A program made the position numbers and the translations under genes. DNA of 64,000 nucleotides from Octopus vulgaris (Eukaryota). Position 1 is the first letter of the stretch. Each line of letters starts with the position of its first letter. The notes under the pieces are model-generated. The model did no database searches, was not told the origin of the DNA, and saw only the letters and a list, made by a program, of their open reading frames with translations. The stretch lies in assembly GCA_951406725.2 (NCBI GenBank), contig OX597825.1:27466001-27530000 (forward strand), in the 5' to 3' direction. This document shows, piece by piece, positions 13,712 to 28,294 of this stretch.

Positions 13712-13980
13712 GGGCATATGCCGTAGTTGTTAAGACTGTCGACTACTAACCCCAAGTTTCCCAGTTCGATTCCGGGCAGTGACCTTAATAATAATACGAA
13801 GAAGAACATCGACAATACATTAGGAATGAGAACCCAGGTTCGAAATTTCCCCAAGACACCTGCTGAAGGCTGGAGGGTACACCAGCCGAAATGTTGTGTT
13901 TAAAACAAATAAGATGAGGACATATATCCGTCAAATGTAAATAATGTACATAATTCCTCACATCTTAAATATAGCACTGA
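13712..13980 (+). mobile_element. tRNA-headed short element carrying a hammerhead-like motif and PLE-like tail
   Basis: A box-like TGCCGTAGTTGTTAAG, B box AGTTCGATTCC, HHR-like motif at 13855-13900; tail recurs inverted at 22960-23000. Confidence 0.7.
13855..13900 (+). ncRNA. Minimal hammerhead motif, degenerate (A6C)
   Basis: GACAC-CTGCTGA-A-GGCTGG-agggtaca-CCAGCC-GAAA-TG-TT-GTGTT. Confidence 0.6.
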
Positions 13981-14915
13981 ATGTAATTCCTATAAAAAAT
14001 GCCACTTAACTACACATTTACACCATGCCGATCTTATCGTTGTTTACTTTTTATTTTCTGTCTGTGACATGATACCAATAACAATTTTTTGCTACCACAT
14101 TGTAATAGGACAACTAACTTCGACATTTTAAAGAAAGCTTTCATCAATATCAGAACAACCAAACAGCTTCTCATTAATTTTGACTCAATTCCATTTTCTT
14201 CATCTTTCAGCTAAAAAATGTTTAGCTGCTAAAGAACTCAGATCGCTTTTTTTTTCGTTTGTTTTTTCACGTGTAATCAATTTATACAAATTATTACTTT
14301 TCTGGGTGTTTCACGAGGTGTCACAGTACATATCTTAACTACGTGTTCATTATCAGTTTTCGATTATGCAGTGTGTGTGTGTGTGTGTGTGTATTCGTGG
14401 AACATATTTTATTATTTATGTGCTATTAAGTCAAAGAGCTAAAAGGAATACTTTGCTGCGTTTAATTCTACTCTTTATATTCAGAATTCAAATTCCACCG
14501 AAACAGACTTCGACTCCTACCCACTTACCGACAGACTGGATATAATAATGTCAGTGCTCAAATGGAAGTCCTCCTTTCGGAATTGCTGGTCTTAGAGATT
14601 ATTATTTCTCTGTTCTTATTTTCATTTCTTAAGAATAATATTCGTTTCACATTTTTAATCAGTACAACTTTTACTAACAAAAGATTCTAAACAACATATT
14701 GCCGCATTTTTTTTCAGTCTAAATGAAATATAAAATGGATAAATGTAAGATGAAGCAAACATCAACCACATCATATTTCCAACCACAAAACAATAAAATG
14801 AATAAAAGAAAACAAATTTAAGTAATTTAAAGAAATTCAGTGCATGATATTCTTAAGAACTTTTTCCGTCATGTGATGATCTTCATTTTACATCAATAAC
14901 ACCGCAGGCACTTAC

Positions 14916-14960
14916 TCCAGCGCCATCTTTGAAATTTTACTTCCTGTTCCGGTCTTTTGA
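14916..14960 (-). promoter_or_regulatory. Candidate promoter/first coding exon (ATG GCG CTG GA | GTAAGT)
   Basis: Minus strand reads CCGGAACAGGAAGT (ETS-like), then CAAAGATGGCG (YY1-like, overlapping ATG at 14926), then consensus donor GTAAGT at 14915-14910. Confidence 0.5.
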
Positions 14961-15306
14961 CGAATTTGCATTCAAAGATTTTGTTTTTCACGATACTATA
15001 TCAAATACTTGCCGAATTCTTTCATTGTCTGTTTAAACGGTATGTGTGGAAAATATATATCTGTTTGAAACAAAACAGATTTTACAAAAAATTGTAATTT
15101 AATTCTGAGATTCGCACCATAGTATATATATATGTATATATATCCGCACACAAACTCTCACATATACAAACCAAAGCCATGTGTAATACGACACGCACAC
15201 ATGCAGATACACACACCCACCCAAGCAACCCACCCACACATACACACTCACTTACACACATACATACTCACACATAAAGACACACACAAACACAAACACA
15301 CAGATG

Positions 15307-15629
<323 letters not shown>

Positions 15630-16564
15630 GTATCAGATAAGATGTCTCAGAGAAATGATACTATAATTACATACATTCTGTACATTTTATGTATGCAGAG
15701 ATTAGGTAGAGGCTACTTGTCGCAAATTTTACAGTTTCTTCACAGTTCATCAGTGGAGACGTTCCAAGTCTCTTTCTCCAGTCAACAGCAAATATATTCA
15801 AATATTATAAAGTATTGTCATAAATGAATCTTCTTTCATATAGGATGCCATTTTTTGTAAACGTGTACTTTGTACTTTAGCTTATAGAAGACGTGTATAT
15901 CCTCAACCGACTATAGCTTAAAAAAGAAAGCACTACCGTAAAATTTTTTTAGTTATTTCAAATAACATTCGTAAGAATTATAATTTATTTGATCTCTCAG
16001 TATACACAATTAGGCTAGCTTAATATCCGCATATCTGCTTGTGATGGCTTGCCATTGAATAAACAAATAAACTGTGCACATTTCTAACGACGATAGAATA
16101 TGCACAAAAACAGAAATAAATCTAATTATTAGACAGTTTGGTTCTAAGAGAAATCAGGGCATAAGCAGTTTTAAAACATAGCTTCCATGTATTTCACGTG
16201 TCGAAAAACAGTTGCCAAATGATAGGTATGGAAATTAAGCTTTCGACGATTGTGGTACCAATTTATGACTAATTTAGGTAGCAGTTGAAATTTTGATTTT
16301 TCATCGAGGAAAGAAGTTGGATAAGTCTTTTCTCATATGCAAATATCGAGTTCATCGCAGAAAAAAATGTTTTTAGCTTCAGACTACGGCAGGTGAGTTA
16401 CACATGCGGAGTTCTGAAGTAGGCCTTATCACATTCTGCATAGAAACTTATGGTTAGAAAGCTTATAGCAAGGCGGAAAAGTGGTGGGAAACGACGAAAC
16501 TGAGATAGTAAAAACAGGCGTATGCTGAGGGATAGACGGGAAATGCATACACTAGCACATCTAT

Positions 16565-16595
<31 letters not shown>

Positions 16596-16652
16596 CATGC
16601 GTGCGTGCGTGTGTTCGTGTGTGTGTGTGCGTGGGCGTGCTTGTGTGCGTGT

Positions 16653-16725
<73 letters not shown>

Positions 16726-17596
16726 CGTGAGTGATTCTATTCACAGTCTGTCTCGCAGTAGATGCACGCTTTGCGTAATCTGAACTCTGGCGTTACTGTA
16801 CGCCACACAAAACAGTCTTCCTGTATCACTATTATTGAATTAAGTTTCATCATGAATAAGCTATTTTCCGTTCAAATTAAAACTATTACACCCACTCACA
16901 TATGTTTGCGTGTGTTAGAAGCGATGCATGCAAGTGTTTGTGACTATATGTTCCTGCTAAGTGTGTGTACAATGACAAATCACAGAAAAGGAATGCAATT
17001 AATAATGTCACTGATTTAAGTTCAAAAAATTAAATTAAGTTATACTTCGACTCTTGGAAAGTTGTATAGAATTTAATAATTGCAGGAAACCTAATTAATT
17101 TTTTTAATGATTTCGCAAACGAAATCACTTTGATATTTGAATAAAATAGCAAGCATTTGAAGTCTGTAGTAATGTAACTGAAATAGTAAATAAATAATTC
17201 AAGACAGTGTTTCCATTAACCTCTTGCGACACTTGTAAAAACTGAGGTAGGATGAGTCCTTGAACTTAGTAACTCTGAGATCGAAGTATCAATGATAAAT
17301 TACCATGATGTGTAAAAATAGACAGGTATCATGAGATCAAAATGTTGTATAGTATATAAAAAAAAATTTTTCAAAATTTTGATAGGGAAAATATCAAGTA
17401 GTACTTTTTATAGAAAAGTCAGTGAATATTTTATGAAATTAAAAGTTTACTCTTTTACACCGATATACATACATATGTGTGCGAGTGCTCCCATGAGTGT
17501 GTATACATAAAAGAAGACCTATAAAGGAAGACCTTGTTGAGAGTTATATTTCTCAGTTTATGCATATTACAGTTTGCATTATTATACGTACTTATA

Positions 17597-17790
17597 AGGC
17601 GGCAAAAGGTCTCCGGTCAGAATACTTAGAGGTAATTCGTCTGCTTTTACGTTCTAAGTTCTAAATCGGCCGAAATCGACTTTTCCTTTCGGAGTCGATG
17701 AAAATAAGTAACCCTCTAGTTCTGCAGTCGATATAATCATTTCTCCATCTTCTCAAATACTGCTGGCATTGTGCCAAAATTTGAATCCAT
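17597..17790 (+). mobile_element. SINE family B, old copy with alternative tail
   Basis: Diverged TCGACTTTTCCTTTCGGAGTCGATGAAAATAAGTA domain and GCTGGCATTGTGCCAAAATTTGAA tail. Confidence 0.6.
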
Positions 17791-18308
17791 CATTATGTTT
17801 AGCTATGGACACCCTTATATACTAAAATATCATGCGAGATCTAGTTTTGGGGCAATATGAAATACCTGCCTAACGATTTTTCGAAAATTTACGTTCGGTT
17901 TGAAAGGAATATAATTTTATTTCATTCTTATAGTAATCCACCAATTTCTTCTGAGTTCCGAACAACAACTTTCACATGCATAGCAGAGAATTTTACGCAA
18001 AGAGCGAAATCCGAATATGAAAGTGAAAACACATTAACATAGAGTTTATTTTCTAAAATGTTGACAGACTAGAAGCGATCGGAGCAAGGATTTAGAAGAA
18101 AAAAAAAGAGAAAAAGATCGAAAGAATGACATGCATTTATTTTCTCCTCTGTTATGTAGACGTATATAGGGAATTTGCCTCCACAATTCCAGAATTTGGT
18201 GGAATTTGATGTTCCAAATTATTTTATGTTTATACGTAATGCCAATCTTACAAGTGAGTTACCAAACCTACAAATTTGATTAATAGAAATAAAAATGAGT
18301 GGGTAAAA

Positions 18309-18732
18309 GGATCTTTTCGGTTTGAATGGCAGTTTTTAACATAATTTCTAGGTACCTAAAAAATTTTAAACTTCGTATACTGGTAGAATGTGTTTATAAA
18401 ACATCTTTTTCTCTTGGCTTTATTGAGAAAATTCTATAGTTTGTAAGATATTTGTTGTTTTTTCTTCAATTTTAGCAATTTCAACCAATCGATGACGTCC
18501 ATTGAGTTAAAAAGCATTCTGTGCCGTATGAATATGTCCCTCATTTAAGAAACAGATTGGGTTTATTTACATTTGTGAAGAAAAAAAGATACCCTTCCCC
18601 CACCCCTAACCCTAACTAACCCTAACCCTAAAATAGATTGAAATGCAAAAGATCGATACTAGGGTCATAATTATGGGTGACAATTTCATATGACACCGCT
18701 AGAAAAAACTGCCCTTCAAACAGAAAAGATCC
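18309..18732. mobile_element. MITE with ~28-bp TIRs and 8-bp TSD (Merlin-like), internal telomere-like repeats
   Basis: TIR GGATCTTTTCGGTTTGAA..GGCAGTTTT; flanks GGGTAAAA / GGGTAAAT; (CCCTAA)n at ~18604-18630; second copy at 30363. Confidence 0.85.
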
Positions 18733-19831
18733 GGGTAAATTCTATATTTATAAAAATCTATAATAATAAACCCTGTACAAACAAGTCACTGAAAAACATT
18801 ATATAACATACAAAACAAATATATTTCGTTCGAAATCCTTCGCAGTGGGGTCTGAAGCGTTTGTTTACAGAAGATACATAAAGTGAATATCCTTCAACAA
18901 AGTATAAGTATAATGAAAGGAGACAACACATCATTTGCTCCAGGCAGAATTTGGACATTAATCCCTATTAAATCCGATTAACCATGCCCAATGCATTTGA
19001 CATAGTTGACGTATAACATATAACACGTTCAATATTTATCAAATAAATGTCTGAAATACAAGCCTGCAACGGTATTATATAATCGTACTCAAATTGAAAT
19101 GTAGCCTTTTTCGCTTCAAAGAAATTAATATCAGAAAATAGACATACACACTCGCACACTCAAACACGCAAGTGCACGAGAGCACATATATATTTGCTAT
19201 TAAATTACACAAAAACCCAAATGAACGACACTCGCAAAATATTATCCTCAGTAAATAGCTCCATTTGAAAACATAGAAACATCCTTCAAAATAAGTCATT
19301 TATCTTCCTAGAATAAAATTGCGAACCAGCAGAGAGTTCGTGTAGACGGTATGTACAACAGCCCGAGAAAAGGGGGTTCAAGCGATGCCGGCGGAACTCC
19401 TAAAATATTCTGGGGGAGCAGATTCAAAATTTGGACACCTACTTATTTTTTCTCAGGTTTAGTGCGTAAGACGTGAGGTGTAAAATGTGGCTTGAAATTA
19501 GGTATATTCTCAAAGAACAAAGAAGAAAACCAAATGAGCAGAAAAAACCCAGAATAATACCTTCTTTAAAGAAACATTTGGACCATAAAGCACATTTTGC
19601 TCCCTAACCGGTCATAGAAAGTAAATGCAACTACGACACTCACATTACTCCAGGATCTAACATCTCATGTCCGGTACCCTAGTAGGATCGTCCTCATGCT
19701 TTTAACAAAAGGCAGCCTTTGACACCCTATCCGTTCGTATCATTAATGCATACACGCAAAACACACGCACACAGACACGCACACAGGCACACTCACACAC
19801 ACAAACACTCATGTATATACATATATATATA

Positions 19832-19905
<74 letters not shown>

Positions 19906-20218
19906 TGTATGTATGTATATATATAAGGCAAGTTAGAAAAATCGAATACATGTATGTTTTTACATTTGTATGCATTTGTGTATATACACATCAAGTGTCT
20001 AATGTGTATTTGGGGTCAGGTGGAATTCAACGTATGTTTTCTATATAACCTCATTTATTTTTCTATAATTCTTATTAGAACTTGAGAATTTAAACACAAT
20101 TTCCGGACGAAAAGCATTTTCTCCTGCCAAATATAGAAAAATATCGATGCTATTTAAACCTATATACACACATACATATATACATACATACATATATACA
20201 TACATACACACACACACA

Positions 20219-20262
<44 letters not shown>

Positions 20263-20280
20263 TATATATGTATATGTATG

Positions 20281-20353
<73 letters not shown>

Positions 20354-20603
20354 CAGTAAAAATGGTAAATAATTTTCCTGTGGTTTTTCATGTAACCAAC
20401 AATTATTTACCGGTAAATTTCGGTATGTAAATACGACAAATTAATTGTCAGGACCTTTGTAAGGTTCAGTATATAGTAAAGAAAATAAGATGACTAGCAG
20501 CAGGCTGTTTCGCCTCATACCGAAGGAATTAGAAATGGCAGTCAAAGACCGTTTTTCCATTTTCTAGAAGTGGAGATTCCAAAAACGAAGGCCCTTACGG
20601 CTC

Positions 20604-20673
<70 letters not shown>

Positions 20674-21190
20674 ATGTTTGTGCGTGTACGTATATACACG
20701 AGGTTTTTTCAGAGATTTTTCTATATTTACTATTTCCTGATGATTTTTTCCATTCCGAAGCAGCGTATATTTTTTATCTTACTTGGAGAAAATCACTCAT
20801 TCACAGAAGCATAGTCAAACTCACATGCACACGCACGCAAGCAGTCACAAACACGTGGACACATTCATACACACACACACAAACTGACATATATATACAT
20901 ATATAAGTGATTCCCTGTGTGTTTGTATATTTATGCAAGTAAGTATCTTTCTCTATATCTATGTATCCATTAACATATATAACATATTATCTGTCAAATA
21001 TTACTCACGTGTATATTTACATTAAGGAATGCCGAGTGAACAGTTCATCACAAGAGAGAGAGAGAGAGAGAGATGTATCGAATCGAAAAAAATTCTGTAT
21101 TCTTTATTTATGTCAATGTTCTGCGTGTTATTTAAATAAATATTATGTACGGTTGTTTAATATTTTCCTGCAGAATTATATATATATATT

Positions 21191-21455
21191 TATACTGTTT
21201 TGTCTGGGGAGAGTCATTCTCTTTCAGTGCCTTATAATGTAACACACTCACCGGTAAAATTTCCACTTATTTCTATTGAAACGTTTGCAAGACGCAACGA
21301 AAATTTTAGGAAAATTTAAATAAGAAATAAGTGCAAATTTTACCTGTGAGTGTGTTACATTATAAAGCAAAAAAAGAAAATGACCCTCCCCAGACACAAC
21401 AGTTTATGCTTCAACACACGAACTCATATAAAAAAATCTTACAAACCAAATTCAA
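21191..21455. mobile_element. Inverted-repeat element, probable PLE pseudo-LTR pair
   Basis: Arms 21191-21273 / 21323-21405; spacer contains GAAACGTT (3' half of a minimal HHR); flanked by (TA)n. Confidence 0.6.
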
Positions 21456-21476
21456 AAACGAAATATGTATATATAA

Positions 21477-21521
<45 letters not shown>

Positions 21522-21525
21522 AATA

Positions 21526-21912
21526 GGCGCAGGAGTGACTGGGTGGTAAGTAGCTTGCTAACCAACCACATGGTTCCGGGTTCAGTCCCACTGCGTGGCA
21601 TCTTGGGCACGTGTCTTCTGCTATAGCCCCGGGCCGACCAATGCCTTGTGAGTGGATTTGCTAGACGAAAACTGAAAGAAGCCTGTCGTATATATGTATA
21701 TATATATATATGTGTGTGTGTGTGTTTATGTGTTTGTGTGTCTGTGTTTGTCCCCCTAGCATTGCTTGACAACCGATGCTGCTGTGTTTACGTCCCCGAC
21801 ACTTAGCGGTTCGGCAAAAGAATAAGTCCCGGGGTCGAATTGCTCGACTAAAGGCGGTGCTCCAGCATGGCCACAGTCAAATGACTGAAACATGTAAAAG
21901 AGTAAAAAGAGT
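21526..21912 (+). mobile_element. SINE family A copy with short internal deletion
   Basis: Matches 91-510 but lacks the GATAGAATAAGTACTAGGCTTAC segment. Confidence 0.88.
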
Positions 21913-23467
21913 AATATATACACACACACACACATATCTATCGATCTACCACTCTATCTACCTATGTATCTATCTACCTATCTAACTATCTGTCTTTATA
22001 TATATGTGTGTGTGTGCGCGTCTGCGCGTGTATGAATGCAAAATGAATTTGAATCCTTCCGAAATTCGCCATGCTTCTGAATCACAATAGGATGTTGAAA
22101 TATTTGAATCTCGGGCTGCTTTGCATTATTATTTGTAAGATAATTTTACGATTTAAATCACGAGATTTCCCCTAGAACATCGAACATCAGTCACCTTTTC
22201 TTTTCCGTTCTCTATTAAATTTATAGATGGAGCTGTTGCGACATATAATTTAAATATACGTTCACACTTTTAATAGCATCTGATATTATGGCTATTCTCA
22301 AAATTCTTACTATCATTATTTCCCAAATTTAATTCTTTTGCTTATGCACTTCCAAATCTCTGCTATTATATCTTATTTTAGCATTTTAATCCCACCCTAT
22401 GTGGGATAACAACTTCAGGACCTAACTAGGACTTTAAGCGGTACACACTTTTATTGCTCTCAATTTGAAAGTAGGGTGAAATTTTGGGACTAAGTACCGG
22501 GAAGTAATTAAATTGATCTACATTCGAGACTATATTCCGCTGGTTTTTCATGCAAGGAATAATTCAAACTAAGCAAATTGATCACTTATATCGACCATCT
22601 CAAAGCCAAAATTATATTGTTTGATATCTGCTGGTCTGTCATTAAGACTGGAATACTGTACCAGGGAAGTCGACAAACATCTAATTTATGGAGCCAAATC
22701 TCCCTAGAAATGTTATGTGAGAATTTGGTGATACTTCTGTTGAATTAGATTTACAAATCCTTCCTCTGTCCCAACAGATCGTTTTGTTCAACCTGACGTA
22801 GGGCCATTGTAGTATTATATTTTCAGATTATGTCCTTCGTGCGACTTCTGTTTCCGCTCGTTGTCTACGAAATATCAGTATTTAGTTTACACAACTTCGT
22901 CACATTTGAGACCCCTTTCTGCGAACTTGAAACTATGTCTTTAGAACGAACTCATATTTCAGTTCTATATTGAAGAGATGAGGAATAATGTACATTATTT
23001 TAAAACATCAGGGGCAACAACTTCAGTACGTCGACTATTATTATTACTGCTGCTCGTTATTCAACTGCTACAGCCACTCCTATAGAATACAAGTCTTGGC
23101 CACACTATATAATTTACCCAAACAGATCGTAGTAATTTGCCGTCACTGATAGTTCAACATGGCACGGAAAGTAACGGAAATTACCACGTGTTCTTGCAGA
23201 AAAAAGAACGTAAATTATGAATGTTAATTTTAATTTTAATTTTATTTTATTTATAGCACTTTTCTCTCTACATATTCCATTTTAGTACATATTTTTGATA
23301 AGGATTTTCCAAAGCCGAAACATTTAAAACAAAACCAAAAATTCTTCATTTACTGTATTTATATAAAAGAATGTATCCCATTGTAAGAAAGTAGCATTTT
23401 CATTCTTCTTTTTCACACACACACGTACGTACGTACGTACGTACGTATGTATGTATGTATGTATGTA

Positions 23468-23688
23468 TGGCAGACACGTTAGCGCGCCGGGCGGAATGCT
23501 TAGCGGTATTTCGTCTGTCGTTACGTTCTGAGTTCAAATTCCGCCGAGGTCGACTTTGCCTTTCATCCTTTCAGGGTCGATAAATAAAAGTACCAGTTTC
23601 GCACTGGGGTCGATGTAATCGTCTTAATCCCTTTGTCTGTCCTTGTTTGTCCTCTCTGTATTTAGCCCCTTGTGGGCAATAAAGAAAT
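23468..23688 (+). mobile_element. SINE family B copy
   Basis: Matches 13018-13245. Confidence 0.85.
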
Positions 23689-24325
23689 ATATATATGTAT
23701 GTGTGTGTGTGTATGTTTATGTGAGTATAATATAAGGACGGTTGTTTTGTCCATTGAGGAATGCATTGTGCTTGAGTAAACATATATGTTTTCACGCTTG
23801 CGTGTGTATATATTCTGTTCTTCGGTGACACGTTTTAGCCTTCGGGCTGCGTCTATACTGGTGCACAATAGAGAATCCCGGAACTCGAACCCGCACTCTT
23901 CGGATACCGTCTGAGTACTCTGAAATTAAGGTAAACTGTCCACAGACAGTATGTGGATCGCTTCATCTACAGATATATTTAAATGTTTGTGTGTTTCTGA
24001 TTGTGTGATTGATGGATTGTGTGTTTGAGATGGATGCGTGTATGCAAATGTTCGTACTCATAAATAATATTGGGTTGATGGTCTTGTCTTAGCACCGGTA
24101 AATCTTACCTCCGCTACTATACATCGCACATCTTAAAACTCATCCTATTCTTTTTTCTCTCTGCCTACCACTTCGTTTTATCTCTTGCTATTCTTCCTTT
24201 TTCTTTTCTTTATCTCTCTCCTTTTTAAAACTTACCTTTCTCACCATCTCTTTTATACAAAGAATTTAGTTTGGTCTTGTTTATGTGTACGTGTGTATAT
24301 ATATGTGTGTGTGTGTATATGTATA

Positions 24326-24387
<62 letters not shown>

Positions 24388-24398
24388 CATATATATAT

Positions 24399-24475
<77 letters not shown>

Positions 24476-24490
24476 CATATATATATATAC

Positions 24491-24572
<82 letters not shown>

Positions 24573-24587
24573 CATATATTTATATAT

Positions 24588-24822
24588 CAGAGTAAGTATA
24601 TAAATGTGAAACAAGGATGGAAAATAGCACTCGATTACCGGAAGTAGAGTAATATGCGTTATTAATAAAGTTGCAAAGGCAGCACAAAAACTGATACTCA
24701 GAGTTTCACGTTCCTGTTCGTCGAACAAATTTTATTCTAAATCAAAGTTCTCCGTCGAACGTGAACGTAAAACTCTGAGAGTAAAAGTTTTCGTGATGGC
24801 ATCGCAGCTTTATAAATAAAGT
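24588..24822. mobile_element. PLE-type pseudo-LTR inverted pair with two degenerate HHR motifs
   Basis: Minus-strand HHR at ~24689-24728 (TCGACGA..GAAA CTCTGAG TA) and plus-strand HHR at ~24746-24789; homologous to 42110-42262; flanked by (TA)n. Confidence 0.65.
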
Positions 24823-24826
24823 GTAT

Positions 24827-24878
<52 letters not shown>

Positions 24879-24924
24879 GCATATGTGTGTGTGTGTGCGT
24901 GTGTGTGCGTGTGTGCATGTGAGG

Positions 24925-25400
24925 CTGTCTGTCTGTTCTCCGGCTATCGCTTGACAGCCGACGCTGATGTGTTTATGTCCCCGTAAATTTGGGATTTCAC
25001 AAAAGAGATCGATAAAATAACTACTAGGGGTTACAAAGAATAAATCTGGGATCAATTTCTTCCAGTAAACCCTTTCAGACGGTGCTCCAGCATGGTCGCA
25101 TTCAGATGATCGAAACAGGTAAAAAGAATAAAAAGTAAAAGAATATACACAAACACGCACACACACACACACACACACGTGCGTATACATGCACACGCAC
25201 ACGCGCGCACGTATATATATACGCACACACAGACACATATATTATATATATGCGTATACACACACACGGCGGGTTTCTTTCAGTTTTCGTCTATCAAATC
25301 GACTCACAAGACTTTCGTCGGCTCGATGCTATAATAGAAGACACTTGCACAAGGTGCCATTCTATGGAAATGAACCTGGGACCATGTGGTTGGGAAGTAA
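24925..25400. mobile_element. SINE family A fragments: 3' half (+) at 24925-25143 and 5' half (-) at 25270-25400
   Basis: Diverged matches to the two halves of family A. Confidence 0.7.
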
Positions 25401-26243
25401 TCCTCTTATATGTTATTACCGCTAGAAACATCGATGACAAATGAAAAAAGAATAACAACACAGCTCTTTTAGGTGTACATATGAAGTAGAAATAATCCAA
25501 ATCAGATTTTAAGTCGGTTGTTTTTTAACGACACAACGAGGTTGATTAAATGAGTTCAGTAAGCTTTCTTCACGCATGCGTCAATGCTGATGTATCAAAA
25601 GAACGCTTTACGCCATTTTGATATGTTCGGTACGTCTTTCAGTACATACCTGATGGTAGCATTCATATTCCAAAGAATTATCAGATTTAAAAAAGAAAAT
25701 ATTGTTACCAAAGTGCCAAATATTTAATGACGGTATTCAAATCGAGATAGATTCCATACTGAATTTCTTTCCTCTAGAGGTCGATGAAATTAAGAATCGC
25801 TGATATATTGGAGTCAGTTCAATATACTATAAACTAATCTTTATATGAATATGTGGTATTATGCCAAAGCTACAAATCAATATCTTGAAATAGGATATTC
25901 ACTATTAGATAATGTGCTTAAATTACAGACTGGGCACAGGTGAAGTATTCTCTAAACAGTACATGCTTCTTGCAAAAGAATGTTACTGCAGATGGTTGCA
26001 TTTATGCATTCGTTCACATTTCCAGCTTTCATATCAATTTGTTTTGTTTACTTCAGCGTTCCAAAACGAAACACTACCAATATATTGGAGAAGTAGAAAA
26101 ATAATGTAAATTTTATGGAAACCAATAAAAGACGACGATAATGAACATAAGTTTGGTGCTTGTATATACGCAAATTATATATATGTGTGTGTGTGTTCAT
26201 GGAGAGGTACAGTTATATATACACTCATTCATATATATACAAA

Positions 26244-26282
<39 letters not shown>

Positions 26283-26286
<4 letters not shown>

Positions 26287-26450
26287 AGAGTTTACGAACA
26301 AAACAAAAGACGAAGACAGGTGGTGTACAACACAAACAGATGTATTAGTATAACGCTCAGGAATAGAAAAAGTATTTTACGTTTCGAGTCTACGCTCTTC
26401 TACAGAAAGGGACACAGAAAAAAACAAGGAGAGAAAAAATGTGTGTAATG
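26283..26450 (-). mobile_element. Solo PLE pseudo-LTR of the same family as 46130-46328, with HHR-like motif at 26375-26408
   Basis: Reverse complement aligns with the 3' repeat of the Neptune-type PLE; motif TTT-CTGTAGA-A-GAGC-GTAG-ACTC-GAAA-CG-TA-AAA; (TA)n flanks. Confidence 0.75.
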
Positions 26451-26454
26451 TTTA

Positions 26455-26521
<67 letters not shown>

Positions 26522-27573
26522 TGTATGTATGTATGTATGTATGTATGTATGTGTGTATGTATATATATATATACATACATATTTATTCGTTACACTTCAA
26601 CCACTATTTAGATGTTTACATTCCGTCCACCTGCTATTATTGGGAGGTGAAAGTATTCTTTGTCCTTAAACCTGTCATCCACTAACTACAACACGGATAA
26701 CCGCAACAAAATGAATCATATCTACGAAAATAACAAATATTTTCCTAGATATTAGTGACACAATATGATATTAATTTGCTATTTTGTTTTATTAATAAAT
26801 TTGCCGCGTAAGCAAAAACCAAAATGAAACTAAACATACTAATACATATCACATTATCATTATAATCTTCATTAAAAGTAGCAACATCTGTTCATTAAGA
26901 AAAAAAATTGAACTTTAGGTTACCTTAAACATGTTTGTGACGTATATCAACTACTAAATGGAAATTCACTGTATTTACTATGGTAAAAGATATCTGCCCA
27001 GTGTTTCCATCTAGCAGTTCCCAAATGCTTCTTTTTAGCTTTTTAGCCTTCCTTAAAAAGAAATACCGAAACGTAACCCTGGGCAGATTCAAATTCATAG
27101 CTGTAACTAAAAAGCAATAGAACATCAGATGCTGAGGTTTGCTAATGAGTCACTTGATCGGAATAGAAATAGTAGGATCAGCAGAACTTTGGTATTTCCT
27201 ATTCAGGACGACTTAAGAGCCAAAAAGGCGCGTCTGAGAATCCGCTTCATGGAACTATTTGGCGGGTACCTTTACAAGTTTTATCGTAACAGAAAATGTT
27301 TTTCTTCTCGCTAACTCAAGTGAATTTTCAATTTAGGATTTAAAGTATGTCACAATCATATTCTACCTAATCTAGAATGCCAGAAATTTCATTGTAAATA
27401 CCTGCGTGTATGGCTTGGGAATGCACAACTTTCTATTATCTTAAAATAACAATTAATATTAACAGAAGAATGTGGAATATTCTTCGACGATGTTGAAGTT
27501 CTCCAAATATGTGTTTGTGTATATATCTTTCTTTGTGTGTTCGTGTGTTTGCGCAAGTGTGTTAGCGAATATG

Positions 27574-27639
<66 letters not shown>

Positions 27640-28094
27640 AGTAGATAGATTGATAGATTGAGAGATATAGAGATTGATTGATTGACAGATAGTAACATTT
27701 ATATGTGTGTAAATAGTCTAACATAAATAGCTAGATAGATAGTACACTCAGCATTAAGATGACGATGTTGATGAACAGCACGATTACAATTATCGCATGT
27801 TCCTCCGGCATTCGTTCTGCCATGTTTCCAGTTCTCTTGTCTTTCGAAAATGTGAATGCCTTTTTTAGAATTACCGTTTTAACAGTACATGCTGATAATA
27901 TCTCTTAGTACTTTGATATCTTTATTCTAAATTGCGTAAAAGTCTTCTTTTCACAGGTAAACATATACGATAAAAACACATACATGCATACGCAGATGCA
28001 TACATATATATTTACGTATACATACATATTAATACACGCACACACGCACAAACACGCAGATATACTTATACATGCATATATGTATGTGACCTCG

Positions 28095-28294
28095 TGAGTA
28101 CCGCTGCCGATTTTTTTCCTCTGTCTTCCCTTCTCGGGATATTTCCTTCTATGTTTCCGACGAAGAGCTCCGCTCGAAACGTTATACCCTCCTTCTTCCC
28201 CTCTTTCCTGAGCGTCCAATAATACTTTATTTGTTCCACGTCCTCGCGTTGGTGTGTTTTTGTTTTTGTTTTTTTTGTGTTTTCTTGTTTGGAT

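Noticed and set aside
16377-16398. Micro-exon with CAG|GTGAGT donor
   Set aside because: Acceptor has a poor pyrimidine tract and 10 or 16 nt is not frame-preserving; needs RNA evidence
18604-18630. Telomere or chromosome-fusion scar (also ~30468-30498)
   Set aside because: Only about four units, lying inside a TIR/TSD-bounded MITE
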